Positions 1 to 10,433 of a stretch of DNA of 32,000 nucleotides are shown in pieces. Within the stretch, counting starts at the first letter, position 1. Each line of letters starts with the position of its first letter. Source of the stretch: Candidatus Saccharimonadota bacterium (GTDB lineage: Bacteria > Patescibacteriota > Saccharimonadia > Saccharimonadales > UBA4665); NCBI GenBank assembly GCA_963718045.1, contig OY970350.1, positions 600,001 through 632,000 of the forward strand. Direction: 5' to 3'. The notes beneath the pieces are model-generated. The model made no database searches, was not told where the DNA came from, and was given only the letters and a program-made list of their open reading frames with translations. Position numbers and translations under genes: made by a program.

Positions 1-2
1 AT

Positions 3-722
3 CAAGACTTATCAAATGTCGGGAGTGGCAACTATCCTTCTTTAAATGGCATTAATTGCACCGCCAACGAAAATGGCGGGCAACCTAGTGGCTGCAGTAC
101 TTCTACCCCAATAAATGACACCAGCACAGTTATTGGTGAGGTACTGGCTTTTAATTCCGGTTCTTATACTATCTTGCCGGTAGTTGGCCGGAATTATGTG
201 GCAAATACTAAAGATACCCAAGATGCTACGACCTTTAGCCAAGCTGAACCATGGATAATCTCCAGCACAGCGCAAAGCATAACTATGCCATTTGGTCTTA
301 GGGTCGTTAGCGATCCCTCCGTCACCTCCACCGTTACTTCCCCCACCATCTCACCACCGCCAGGCCTCGGCGCTATTGGGATTTTTAGTTTTACCAGTTT
401 TGAAGGCAATAACTTGGCTAATTCTGGAGAAGCGTTAAGTTCCGGCTCAGAGCACGTTGAAATATTTGCCATCCCTGGTTCAGCGCTTGGTACTAGCCCC
501 ATAGCACTAGTGAATACGCCGCTAACGAATTGTTCTGGCAATTCGGACGATGTTTGCATTAGCACCGCTCAAGCTCAAATGATAAATCCCAGTAACGGTA
601 TAACTTTATGCCTCAATAGCGGGTCTGATACTCAATCGGTCTTTTTTACAATTGGTGGTGGCAGCAACAGCGCCACAAGTGTCAGTGATACTATATATAG
701 TACTTTGGGGTGTCAGTCATGA
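3..722 (+). CDS. Hypothetical Ser/Thr/Gly-rich exported protein, 5'-truncated by the window edge; first visible gene of the pilin-like operon
   Basis: Frame 3 has no stop codon from nt 3 onward, so the track's TTG at 174 is unlikely to be the true start. Stop TGA 720-722 overlaps ATG 719-721 of the next gene (ATGA coupling). No recognisable domain. Confidence 0.5.
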   Translation, partial: QDLSNVGSGNYPSLNGINCTANENGGQPSGCSTSTPINDTSTVIGEVLAFNSGSYTILPVVGRNYVANTKDTQDATTFSQAEPWIISSTAQSITMPFGLRVVSDPSVTSTVTSPTISPPPGLGAIGIFSFTSFEGNNLANSGEALSSGSEHVEIFAIPGSALGTSPIALVNTPLTNCSGNSDDVCISTAQAQMINPSNGITLCLNSGSDTQSVFFTIGGGSNSATSVSDTIYSTLGCQS

Positions 723-1216
723 TGAAACTTTGGCATAAACAAAACGGCGATACCATTATTGAGGTGATGATTTCATTAGCAATTCTGATGCTTGTCCTTG
801 GCGGGGCATATTATACGGCCAGCCAGTCATACCGCAATGACCGTGATTCCCAGGAGCATACTGAAGCTTTAACGATTGCCCAGTCCCAACTTGAAGAGCT
901 AAGGGTTATTGGTTCAATTGCTGCTAACGAGCAATGTATTGGCACTAACCTGACACCTTCAAATGCCTGTGATGTTAATAGTTCTGACACCACGCTTATC
1001 GGCAACGGCAGTCAGTGCACCCCCTATTGTTACACAGTTAAAATTAGTAAGGTGACGTCTACATCAATCACTTATAGCGTTCCTCAACCGCCACCTCCAT
1101 CGGCAGCACCACCAGTTGATCTGAACACCTACGATATTAATGTTACTTGGACAGCTATCGGTGGTACCGGAAAAGATAGCGTCAGTCTATATTACAGAAT
1201 GGATTCGATAAGCTGA
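719..1216 (+). CDS. Prepilin-type N-terminal cleavage/methylation-domain protein (minor pilin, PilV-like)
   Basis: The N-terminus reads MMKLWHKQNG|DTIIEVMISLAILMLVLGG. This is a short basic leader, a Gly, a Glu at +5 and a ~20-aa hydrophobic helix, i.e. a type IV pilin class III signal. The following ALTIAQSQLEEL segment resembles PilV-type minor pilins. ATG 719 overlaps the upstream stop; the track's GTG at 710 is an alternative start. Confidence 0.75.
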   Translation: MMKLWHKQNGDTIIEVMISLAILMLVLGGAYYTASQSYRNDRDSQEHTEALTIAQSQLEELRVIGSIAANEQCIGTNLTPSNACDVNSSDTTLIGNGSQCTPYCYTVKISKVTSTSITYSVPQPPPPSAAPPVDLNTYDINVTWTAIGGTGKDSVSLYYRMDSIS

Positions 1217-1920
1217 TGCGGGCATCCCAAGACGGCTTTACAATTGTTGAGCTGATGATCGCTACAGCGATATTTGCAATCATGCTAGTTTTAACTACAA
1301 CCACTATAATTGGCATCACTCAAACGTATACCAAGGGGTCGGTAGAAGGCCAAACCCAACAAACTGCCAGAGCAGTCTTAAGCGACATTAGCCAGGCTAT
1401 CGAGTTTAACGACAGTAACGATATTACGGTCACCACCAATTCCTCAGGCGATGTTTATTACTTCTGTGCCGGCAGTGATGTTTATGTTTACCAGTTAGAC
1501 AAATACTTGTCGCCAACTTTGACTGGCAGTGAATACTCCACATGGACCCTGGTTAGATTCCCGTATAGCTCCTGTACGGTCCCGCTCAACTCGCTGAATC
1601 AGCCCGACCCGCTAGGTCAGGCTGGTGCCGAAGAACTGCTAACTACTAACGAACGGCTGGGCTGGCTATATATTGTCCCCTTTGCCATTAACGGTGAAAC
1701 CGCCTACACCATCAACCTTGAGATCGGCTACGGTGATAATTCGTTGCTTAACGACACGACCAGCACTAACGGGGGTTATGACGTCAACGCCTTACCGACA
1801 GCTCCGCCAGTTTCCGCCCATTATAAATACAGTTGTCAAAGCGGGCCGGATAGTAGTTTTTGTGCTACTTCAACTTTGACAACTACAGTAATTCCCCGTA
1901 TACCTGGTATAAGTGGTTAA
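1216..1920 (+). CDS. Prepilin-type N-terminal cleavage/methylation-domain protein (minor pilin, PilW-like)
   Basis: The N-terminus MRASQDG|FTIVELMIATAIFAIMLVL is a canonical G|FTxxE prepilin peptidase site followed by a hydrophobic helix. The start overlaps the previous stop by 1 nt (TGATG). Confidence 0.8.
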   Translation: MRASQDGFTIVELMIATAIFAIMLVLTTTTIIGITQTYTKGSVEGQTQQTARAVLSDISQAIEFNDSNDITVTTNSSGDVYYFCAGSDVYVYQLDKYLSPTLTGSEYSTWTLVRFPYSSCTVPLNSLNQPDPLGQAGAEELLTTNERLGWLYIVPFAINGETAYTINLEIGYGDNSLLNDTTSTNGGYDVNALPTAPPVSAHYKYSCQSGPDSSFCATSTLTTTVIPRIPGISG

Positions 1921-3025
1921 GCCGATGTTTAATAAATATTTACACCTAGTAGTTAAATCAGAAAAAGGCTATGCTTCATTTGTTATAACCCTGGTAACTA
2001 TGATTGTTGTTGGCTTAATAGTCGTCGCTTTTGCCACAGATGCCCGCCTTGAACAAAAAGATACACTAGCTAATACCCTAGCTACCCAGGCCTACTATGC
2101 CGCTGAGAGCGGCATTAATGATGCCACGGCCATCATTCAGGACGAGATATCTCATGGGGTAACGCCGCAATCTACAACTAGCGGCCAGTGTAACTCCACG
2201 TCATCAGAATCATACGTTGTCAACGGTAGCAACTACCTATTGGGTAGTAATGGCCAGATTCAATATAACTGTCTGATCGTCAATACCTCACCAAACTCTC
2301 TGAACTACCAAAACCTGAGTCCCGGAATCAGTTGGGTATTTGCCTTAAGTAACGCGAACGCCAGCGATAACATAAGCAGCGTAACCATCAGCTGGTACAA
2401 CCCAGACGCAAAAGGTACTTTCACCGGTTGCCCGAATGTTAGTCTTCCGTCGGCAACTTTCCCGATGTTAAACGTGACCTCGGGCCAAGACTTATCGCCA
2501 TCTAATTGCGGTGCCGGTGTTTTACAGCTAGATATGGTGGCTGATAGCAGCTTGACGGCGAATGCTTCCAGTCCTGGGGATACGGCTTATTTAGAGCCGG
2601 TACAGCATAGTGGCGACGCTGTAGTGGCGCCAGCAGTACCCATTTCCCAAGATGAGGTCTACCTTGTGGAATGTGGCAGTAATGGTGGTCAATATGCTTG
2701 TACCCAGACCATAAATACTCAGCCTGGGCTGCCGGCCGATCATATCTACTATATTCGTTTGCAGTCTTACTATCAGCAAGCTTACGTTTATATAACGGCT
2801 CACGATGCCCAAGGTAACCAACTTAATTTGGTTGGTGCCCAGATATTAATCGATTCTACGGGCCAGGCCAACGGACAACTCAAGAGACTACAGGAAAGGG
2901 TATGTACCGGTAATTACTGCAACAGCAGTGCCTCGGCTGGGGCTATTATATCAACTAAATGTGTCGATAAGGATTTTACTGTCTATCCTGGCGAAAACTC
3001 TGAGAGTCCGACCTGCAACAACTAA
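1913..3025 (+). CDS. PilX-N-terminal-domain-like pilus assembly/minor pilin protein
   Basis: The N-terminal segment EKGYASFVITLVTMIVVGLIVVAF...QAYYAAESGINDA matches my recollection of the PilX_N pattern: G-x-A/S, a hydrophobic helix, then Q-A-x-x-A-A-E-x-G. The start is GTG 1913 or ATG 1925. The gene overlaps the previous gene's 3' end. Confidence 0.6.
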   Translation: MVKPMFNKYLHLVVKSEKGYASFVITLVTMIVVGLIVVAFATDARLEQKDTLANTLATQAYYAAESGINDATAIIQDEISHGVTPQSTTSGQCNSTSSESYVVNGSNYLLGSNGQIQYNCLIVNTSPNSLNYQNLSPGISWVFALSNANASDNISSVTISWYNPDAKGTFTGCPNVSLPSATFPMLNVTSGQDLSPSNCGAGVLQLDMVADSSLTANASSPGDTAYLEPVQHSGDAVVAPAVPISQDEVYLVECGSNGGQYACTQTINTQPGLPADHIYYIRLQSYYQQAYVYITAHDAQGNQLNLVGAQILIDSTGQANGQLKRLQERVCTGNYCNSSASAGAIISTKCVDKDFTVYPGENSESPTCNN

Positions 3026-6000
3026 AGTACGGGCGGCAAACTAGTGATTGCTTGGATGATTGGTTGCTGCGCATAGCCTGGTTCCAGCCAATTAAGCGGC
3101 GAGTAGTCGAATTCTTCGGCATCGTAACAATCCTGGGGAGTTGTGCTGCAGTTTGCTGGCGTTGAATTGTTAGCGGCCGCGCTTAGTGTACCGTAAGTGC
3201 GGTAGAAGTTGATAGCGTTAGCTATGAATGAGCCGTCAATAACCAGACGATCGTGACTGCAGGTATTTTGAGAGCTATTAGTGGTGTAGTCCGCGGCCGG
3301 ACAGATGTCAACACTACCTCCGCCATAGTCATTGATGGTGCCACCGCTGTTAGTAGTAGGGTTAAGTTCAGCAACGTACTCACCAGCTAGGTTCCCGACC
3401 GTCTTACCAATGTTAATATCCGCCCCATTGACAACTACTTCAAAGCTTGGGAGCAGGCTGACGGCTGTGCCAGACGGAATTGCATAGGTAATTGGTTTAG
3501 TAATATTGACTGTGGATTTTGAGTAGCAAGTGTAGTGATCATATTGCTCATTAGGTCCTAAAGTCATACCTGCAATAGTGCCACTGGTCGGGCAAGGACC
3601 AATGTAATCTGTTGGGCCTTGGGATTGGCTGGTTTCGGCTTGGGCATAGTAATCAAAGGAGCCACAGCTCGAGTTCGCAGCAGCACTAGTTGCAAAATCA
3701 CCGCCATACTGCGAGGCCGGGTAGTTAGCAAGCGTAAGCGGAGGTGGGTTAAGCAAATTAAGCACATCTTGTCCCGAAGCAAAGCCATTAATGCTACCGG
3801 TAGCTAGAGCTGATGTTGTCGTGCCGGCACCAAGGTCGCCATTGCCACCCTGATTAAAGCTTTCAATCCCCGACATGCTACCGCCGATGTAGCAAGAGGC
3901 TATGGAGTCACTAGACGTACCTACTATGACATCACCTCCAAAAACTCTCACGTACGGTTGGGCACCTATTGCTGTGGCACAGGCTGATTTGGCTTTGCTG
4001 GTTAGACCGTTATTTGAAGTGATGCTACCCTGGTAATCCATCTGTGTGCCTGTCGGCTTAACATCAACCTCCAGACAGATAGAATCGCCGAATGCTAAAG
4101 GAGGCATACTGACACTATCTGTTTTAGGAATTGCTGTGACGGTTGTACCTGAACAGTTGCCGTTAGGTCCGTAAGTAAAGGTAGTTGAAGCACCGGCCGC
4201 TGGATAGGACACAACCTGACCTGAGGGGGTAATATATGAAACAATATAGGTATTGGTGATGCCCATAACCTGACAGGGGAAATGGACGGCTGTTATCTGC
4301 TTGCTGAGACCGAAAGTTGCATTGACATTAGCCGACATGGTAATGCTGGTTGGATTATCTTCTTCTCCGTTTAAGGAAACAGTCGCATCAGTAACTGCTA
4401 GATGAAAAGTTCTGGCATAACACTCATTTAAGACTGGGGCACCAGCATATGTAGTGTTTGATCCTGTGGCAACTGTGGCACTAGCAGCGTGCCAGTCATA
4501 ATATGGAGTTCCTTTATAGGAGTGTATACAGGTACTGCTGGAGCCGCCGCCGGTGTCGCCAGCGTTACAAGTATAGGAGACCTTTTTACCTGAGACTGTT
4601 TTCTTACCTGTATAGCTGTGTTTACAGGTACTGCTGGAGCCGCCGCCGGTGTCGCCAGCGTTACAAGTATAGCCATCTGGGCTTGACGACGAGTAAAAGC
4701 GAGTTTGGGTAAACCGCTGGTTATATGTCACGGTGGTTGTATGGGGATCGTACGGGTAGTTATTAACGTAATTGGCGTAGTTTAGGGTAAAGACATTAGA
4801 GCTCTGGTAGCCTGTAGGAGCCCAGCTAATTGAGGTACCGCTGCCAACGTATTCGGTATCATCATTGGCGGCACTTATTCCCCAGTCGCCGGGTACCTCT
4901 TGGTAATATTGGGCATTGGGCTGCGTTGTTGTACCCGATTCCCCTCCGCTCCCCTGTGCAGCCCCGCTAACATCCGGATAGTTACCTTGCGGTAAAGTTA
5001 TCGTCGGCTTAGTGTTTTGACCTGGACAACTTACTGATGGTGTAACAGTGAATGTATCGCTACACATAGCCATATCTGGGACATAATTATAATTATTGGA
5101 CTCAACTAGTGCAGTAAGTACGTATGTACCAGTCTGTGACAGGTCACCTGCAGAAATGCTGGCACTGAATTCCGTGTCGCTGTCCGCACTGAAGGATAAA
5201 CTATCAACCTTATTGTTGGGAAGAGTCATAGAAGCGAAAATACCGCTACTACTGACATCAGGCAGACCGCCGCTAACCCAGCTGCCACTAGGCCAGCTAT
5301 ATGTTAGATCTATGTAGGCTGTGGCTGGAGTACTCACAGTCGGTGTTGCCGGATCGGTGTCGTCAGTACAGGCTATCGTACCAGTGGAAGTAATTATGAT
5401 GTCATAACCATCATTATGAGCACAGTTACCACTGCCGCTAGCACTTGCTATCTGGCCAGGATAGTATCCATTAGTTGAGATTGCCCCTGATGTACAAGAG
5501 GTCTGAGGGCTTGTCGGCGGCCCGGTGTCATTGGGATTAATAAAGGCTGTATCCATGCCAGCGACATTATCTACTCTAATACAGAAGTTTGTTGTATCTG
5601 GTATGGTAATTGAAAAATAGCCAGTGCTGTCGACCGTCGCAGTATCTTTACCGCTTAAAGTGCTGCATGAATTATACATTATTACTGCCTGTGTAGCCGC
5701 CGACACGGAAACACCGTTATAGGTATGGACATAGCCGGAGATGGTTACGCCGTTTGTAAATGAATAATTACACTGGACCATATCTGGAACATAGTTATTG
5801 CTAGACCAGACAAAGGCGGTAAGTGTATATGAACCAGTCTGCGACAGATTACCTGCAGAAATACTGGCACTGAATTCTGTGTCGCTGTCTTGAGTATAAG
5901 ACAAAGTATCCGAGTTAAGGTCGGGCAGGGTTAGATAAGAGTCAATATCACTAGTGGTGACATCAGGCAGACCGCCGCTAACCCAGCTGCCGCTTGCCCA

Positions 6001-7857
6001 GCTATCTGTTAGATATATATAGGCTGTGGCTGAAGTATTAACAGTCGGTGCTGCCGGATTGGTGTCGTCAGTACAGGCTATCGTACCAGTGGAAGTAATT
6101 ATGATGTCATAACCATCATTATGAGCACAGTTGCCACTGCCGCTAGTACTTGCAGTCTGGCCAGTATAGTAGGTGGTGTGTGAGTTACAAGAGGGCTGAG
6201 GGCTTGTTGGCGGCCCGGTGTCATTGGGATTAATCTGGACTGTGTCTACACCACTGGTGTCATTGGTTACCTGAACACAGTAAGATTTCCCAACAGGTAC
6301 TGGAAATGAAAAATAACCAGCGCCATTGACCGGTACCGTACCGTCTGCGGTGTAACATGATTTTACATAAGCCTGTGTAGCCGCTGATACGGAAACACCG
6401 TTATAGGTCTGGACATAGCCGGAGATAGTTACGCCGGTTGGCGTAATAGTGAACGATGTACTACACGTAGCCAGATTATCAACATACAGATTATTGGATA
6501 GGGCATCTGCGTTAAGTATATATGAACCAGTCTGCGACAGGTCGCCCGCGGTAATATTGTAATTATAACTTGTGCTTGCAATATAAGATAAAGTGTCAGA
6601 AGAGCCAGTTGGAGGAGTTAGTGAAGCGGAAACATTACCACTAGTGACATCAGGCAGACCGCCGGTAACCCAGCTGCCATTAGGCCAGGTAGCAGTCACG
6701 CCTACATCTGCCGTAGCAGAAGTATTTATAGTCGGAGTAGTTGGATCAGTAGAGACAGTACAGGCTATTGTACCAGTGGAAGTAATTATGATGTCATAAC
6801 CATCATTATGAGCACAGTTACCACTGCCGCTAACACTTGCTGTCTGGCCAGTATAGTAGGAAGTATGCGAGTTACAAGAGGGCTGAGGGCTTGTCGGCGG
6901 TCCGGTGTCATTGGGATTAATCTGGACTGTGTCTACACCGGCGGCATTGGTTACCTGAACGCAGTAAGAATCGCCGCTGGGTACTGGAAATGAAAAATAA
7001 CCAGCGCCATTGACCGGTACCGTACCGTCTGGAGCGTAACATGAACCTACATAAGCCTGTGTAGCCGCCGTTGGACTATCAACACCGTTATAAGTTTGGA
7101 CATAGCCGGAGATAGTTACTACGGGAGGTTGCAATTGAGTCAATGTGCCTACAGGGTTAGCACAAGAATGCTTAATAATATAATCACCATCTTGGCTATG
7201 GAAAATAATGGCCGGTGTTACACCACTACCCTGACCTACATATAAATTAATGTCGTACTTGTAGCTTGCATCTTCGTCGGCAGCAGTGTTATCGGTATAA
7301 GAATAGTTCGATGTATTAAAATTAATTTCACCTATCGAATCATAATAATTAACCGCGTCCACCCAACAGTTTTCAGTGGAGGTATCAGCTTTTGGATCTG
7401 TTGCATAAGAACATGGCTGACTATCGCTAAAAACAGTGGCGCAGGCACGCTGACCACCGCCAGAGTTACCTTCCACCATACTGGCCATAATAAAAGCCGC
7501 ACCAACGCCTTCCCATGTCTGTAGATCGGTAGCGTCTGCGGCATTACAGAACGTATTAACATATCCGGTTAATTCATCTTCAAGATCTGTGGCATTAGTA
7601 GCACATATAGCTTCACCACAGCTTGTTACATCTTGACCGTTATACACGCTTGGTAAAACATCGTCACAATCGCCCTTCGCGGCATTACACTGAGTTGCTT
7701 GGCCGTTAAAATACCCGCAACCCGTACTTGAAAAGTTGCAGGCCGCATAGGTTTTGGGGCTGTTATGATATACGGTTACATAAACAAATGAAGTGACAAC
7801 TAAAGCGAAGATTACTAAATATTTTAAGATCCTCTTTTCTCTCAGTATGTGTTTCAT
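3022..7857 (-). CDS. Giant (1611 aa) Cys-rich, N-terminally membrane-anchored modular surface protein; putative adhesin
   Basis: This is a single uninterrupted ORF. The N-terminus MKHILREKRILKYLVIFALVVTSFVYVTVY looks like a signal-anchor, with no prepilin motif and no LPXTG motif. It contains three tandem ~229-aa modules that each begin with a CarboxypepD_reg/SdrD-B-like ISGYVxTYNGV...GYFSFxVP strand pattern. Composition is Thr/Ser/Gly/Asn-rich with many conserved Cys residues. Confidence 0.85.
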   Translation of the reverse strand: MKHILREKRILKYLVIFALVVTSFVYVTVYHNSPKTYAACNFSSTGCGYFNGQATQCNAAKGDCDDVLPSVYNGQDVTSCGEAICATNATDLEDELTGYVNTFCNAADATDLQTWEGVGAAFIMASMVEGNSGGGQRACATVFSDSQPCSYATDPKADTSTENCWVDAVNYYDSIGEINFNTSNYSYTDNTAADEDASYKYDINLYVGQGSGVTPAIIFHSQDGDYIIKHSCANPVGTLTQLQPPVVTISGYVQTYNGVDSPTAATQAYVGSCYAPDGTVPVNGAGYFSFPVPSGDSYCVQVTNAAGVDTVQINPNDTGPPTSPQPSCNSHTSYYTGQTASVSGSGNCAHNDGYDIIITSTGTIACTVSTDPTTPTINTSATADVGVTATWPNGSWVTGGLPDVTSGNVSASLTPPTGSSDTLSYIASTSYNYNITAGDLSQTGSYILNADALSNNLYVDNLATCSTSFTITPTGVTISGYVQTYNGVSVSAATQAYVKSCYTADGTVPVNGAGYFSFPVPVGKSYCVQVTNDTSGVDTVQINPNDTGPPTSPQPSCNSHTTYYTGQTASTSGSGNCAHNDGYDIIITSTGTIACTDDTNPAAPTVNTSATAYIYLTDSWASGSWVSGGLPDVTTSDIDSYLTLPDLNSDTLSYTQDSDTEFSASISAGNLSQTGSYTLTAFVWSSNNYVPDMVQCNYSFTNGVTISGYVHTYNGVSVSAATQAVIMYNSCSTLSGKDTATVDSTGYFSITIPDTTNFCIRVDNVAGMDTAFINPNDTGPPTSPQTSCTSGAISTNGYYPGQIASASGSGNCAHNDGYDIIITSTGTIACTDDTDPATPTVSTPATAYIDLTYSWPSGSWVSGGLPDVSSSGIFASMTLPNNKVDSLSFSADSDTEFSASISAGDLSQTGTYVLTALVESNNYNYVPDMAMCSDTFTVTPSVSCPGQNTKPTITLPQGNYPDVSGAAQGSGGESGTTTQPNAQYYQEVPGDWGISAANDDTEYVGSGTSISWAPTGYQSSNVFTLNYANYVNNYPYDPHTTTVTYNQRFTQTRFYSSSSPDGYTCNAGDTGGGSSSTCKHSYTGKKTVSGKKVSYTCNAGDTGGGSSSTCIHSYKGTPYYDWHAASATVATGSNTTYAGAPVLNECYARTFHLAVTDATVSLNGEEDNPTSITMSANVNATFGLSKQITAVHFPCQVMGITNTYIVSYITPSGQVVSYPAAGASTTFTYGPNGNCSGTTVTAIPKTDSVSMPPLAFGDSICLEVDVKPTGTQMDYQGSITSNNGLTSKAKSACATAIGAQPYVRVFGGDVIVGTSSDSIASCYIGGSMSGIESFNQGGNGDLGAGTTTSALATGSINGFASGQDVLNLLNPPPLTLANYPASQYGGDFATSAAANSSCGSFDYYAQAETSQSQGPTDYIGPCPTSGTIAGMTLGPNEQYDHYTCYSKSTVNITKPITYAIPSGTAVSLLPSFEVVVNGADINIGKTVGNLAGEYVAELNPTTNSGGTINDYGGGSVDICPAADYTTNSSQNTCSHDRLVIDGSFIANAINFYRTYGTLSAAANNSTPANCSTTPQDCYDAEEFDYSPLNWLEPGYAQQPIIQAITSLPPVL
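4527..4672 (-). repeat. Perfect 50-nt direct repeat (2 copies, 96-nt period) inside the giant gene
   Basis: Positions 4527-4576 and 4623-4672 are identical (tacaggtactgctggagccgccgccggtgtcgccagcgttacaagtatag). They encode the twin motif YTCNAGDTGGGSSSTC(K/I)HSY. Confidence 0.9.
5040..7119 (-). repeat. Three tandem intragenic modules (~684-687 nt each) inside the giant gene
   Basis: The module starts (VTISGYV codons) lie at nt 7119, 6432 and 5748. Long perfectly identical DNA tracts link the modules. One is 72 nt (5356-5427 = 6061-6132). A 63-nt tract starting at 5378 in module 3 (gtaccagtgg...ccactgccgcta) recurs in module 1 around 6770-6832. Confidence 0.9.
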
Positions 7858-7906
7858 CTTTAAATCAAGTGATTTCTTGTTTTTAGTATAACAAACATAA
7901 ACATAT

Positions 7907-10433
<2,527 letters not shown>

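Noticed and set aside
194-565. The minus-strand 123-aa ORF, and the 42-275 ORF, overlapping the first + strand gene.
   Set aside because: These are antisense shadows of a longer frame that stays open from the window edge and is translationally coupled to the pilin genes. They have no start context or motif.
4527-4672. Whether the 50-nt perfect repeat pair is a mini CRISPR array.
   Set aside because: There are only two copies, both in-frame inside a long ORF and encoding the same peptide motif. There are no cas genes and no further repeats.
5040-7119. Whether the repeated modules could be the variable and template repeats of a diversity-generating retroelement.
   Set aside because: There is no reverse transcriptase in the window. 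All copies are in-frame coding modules. The differences between copies are mixed transitions, transversions and indels, not adenine-specific.
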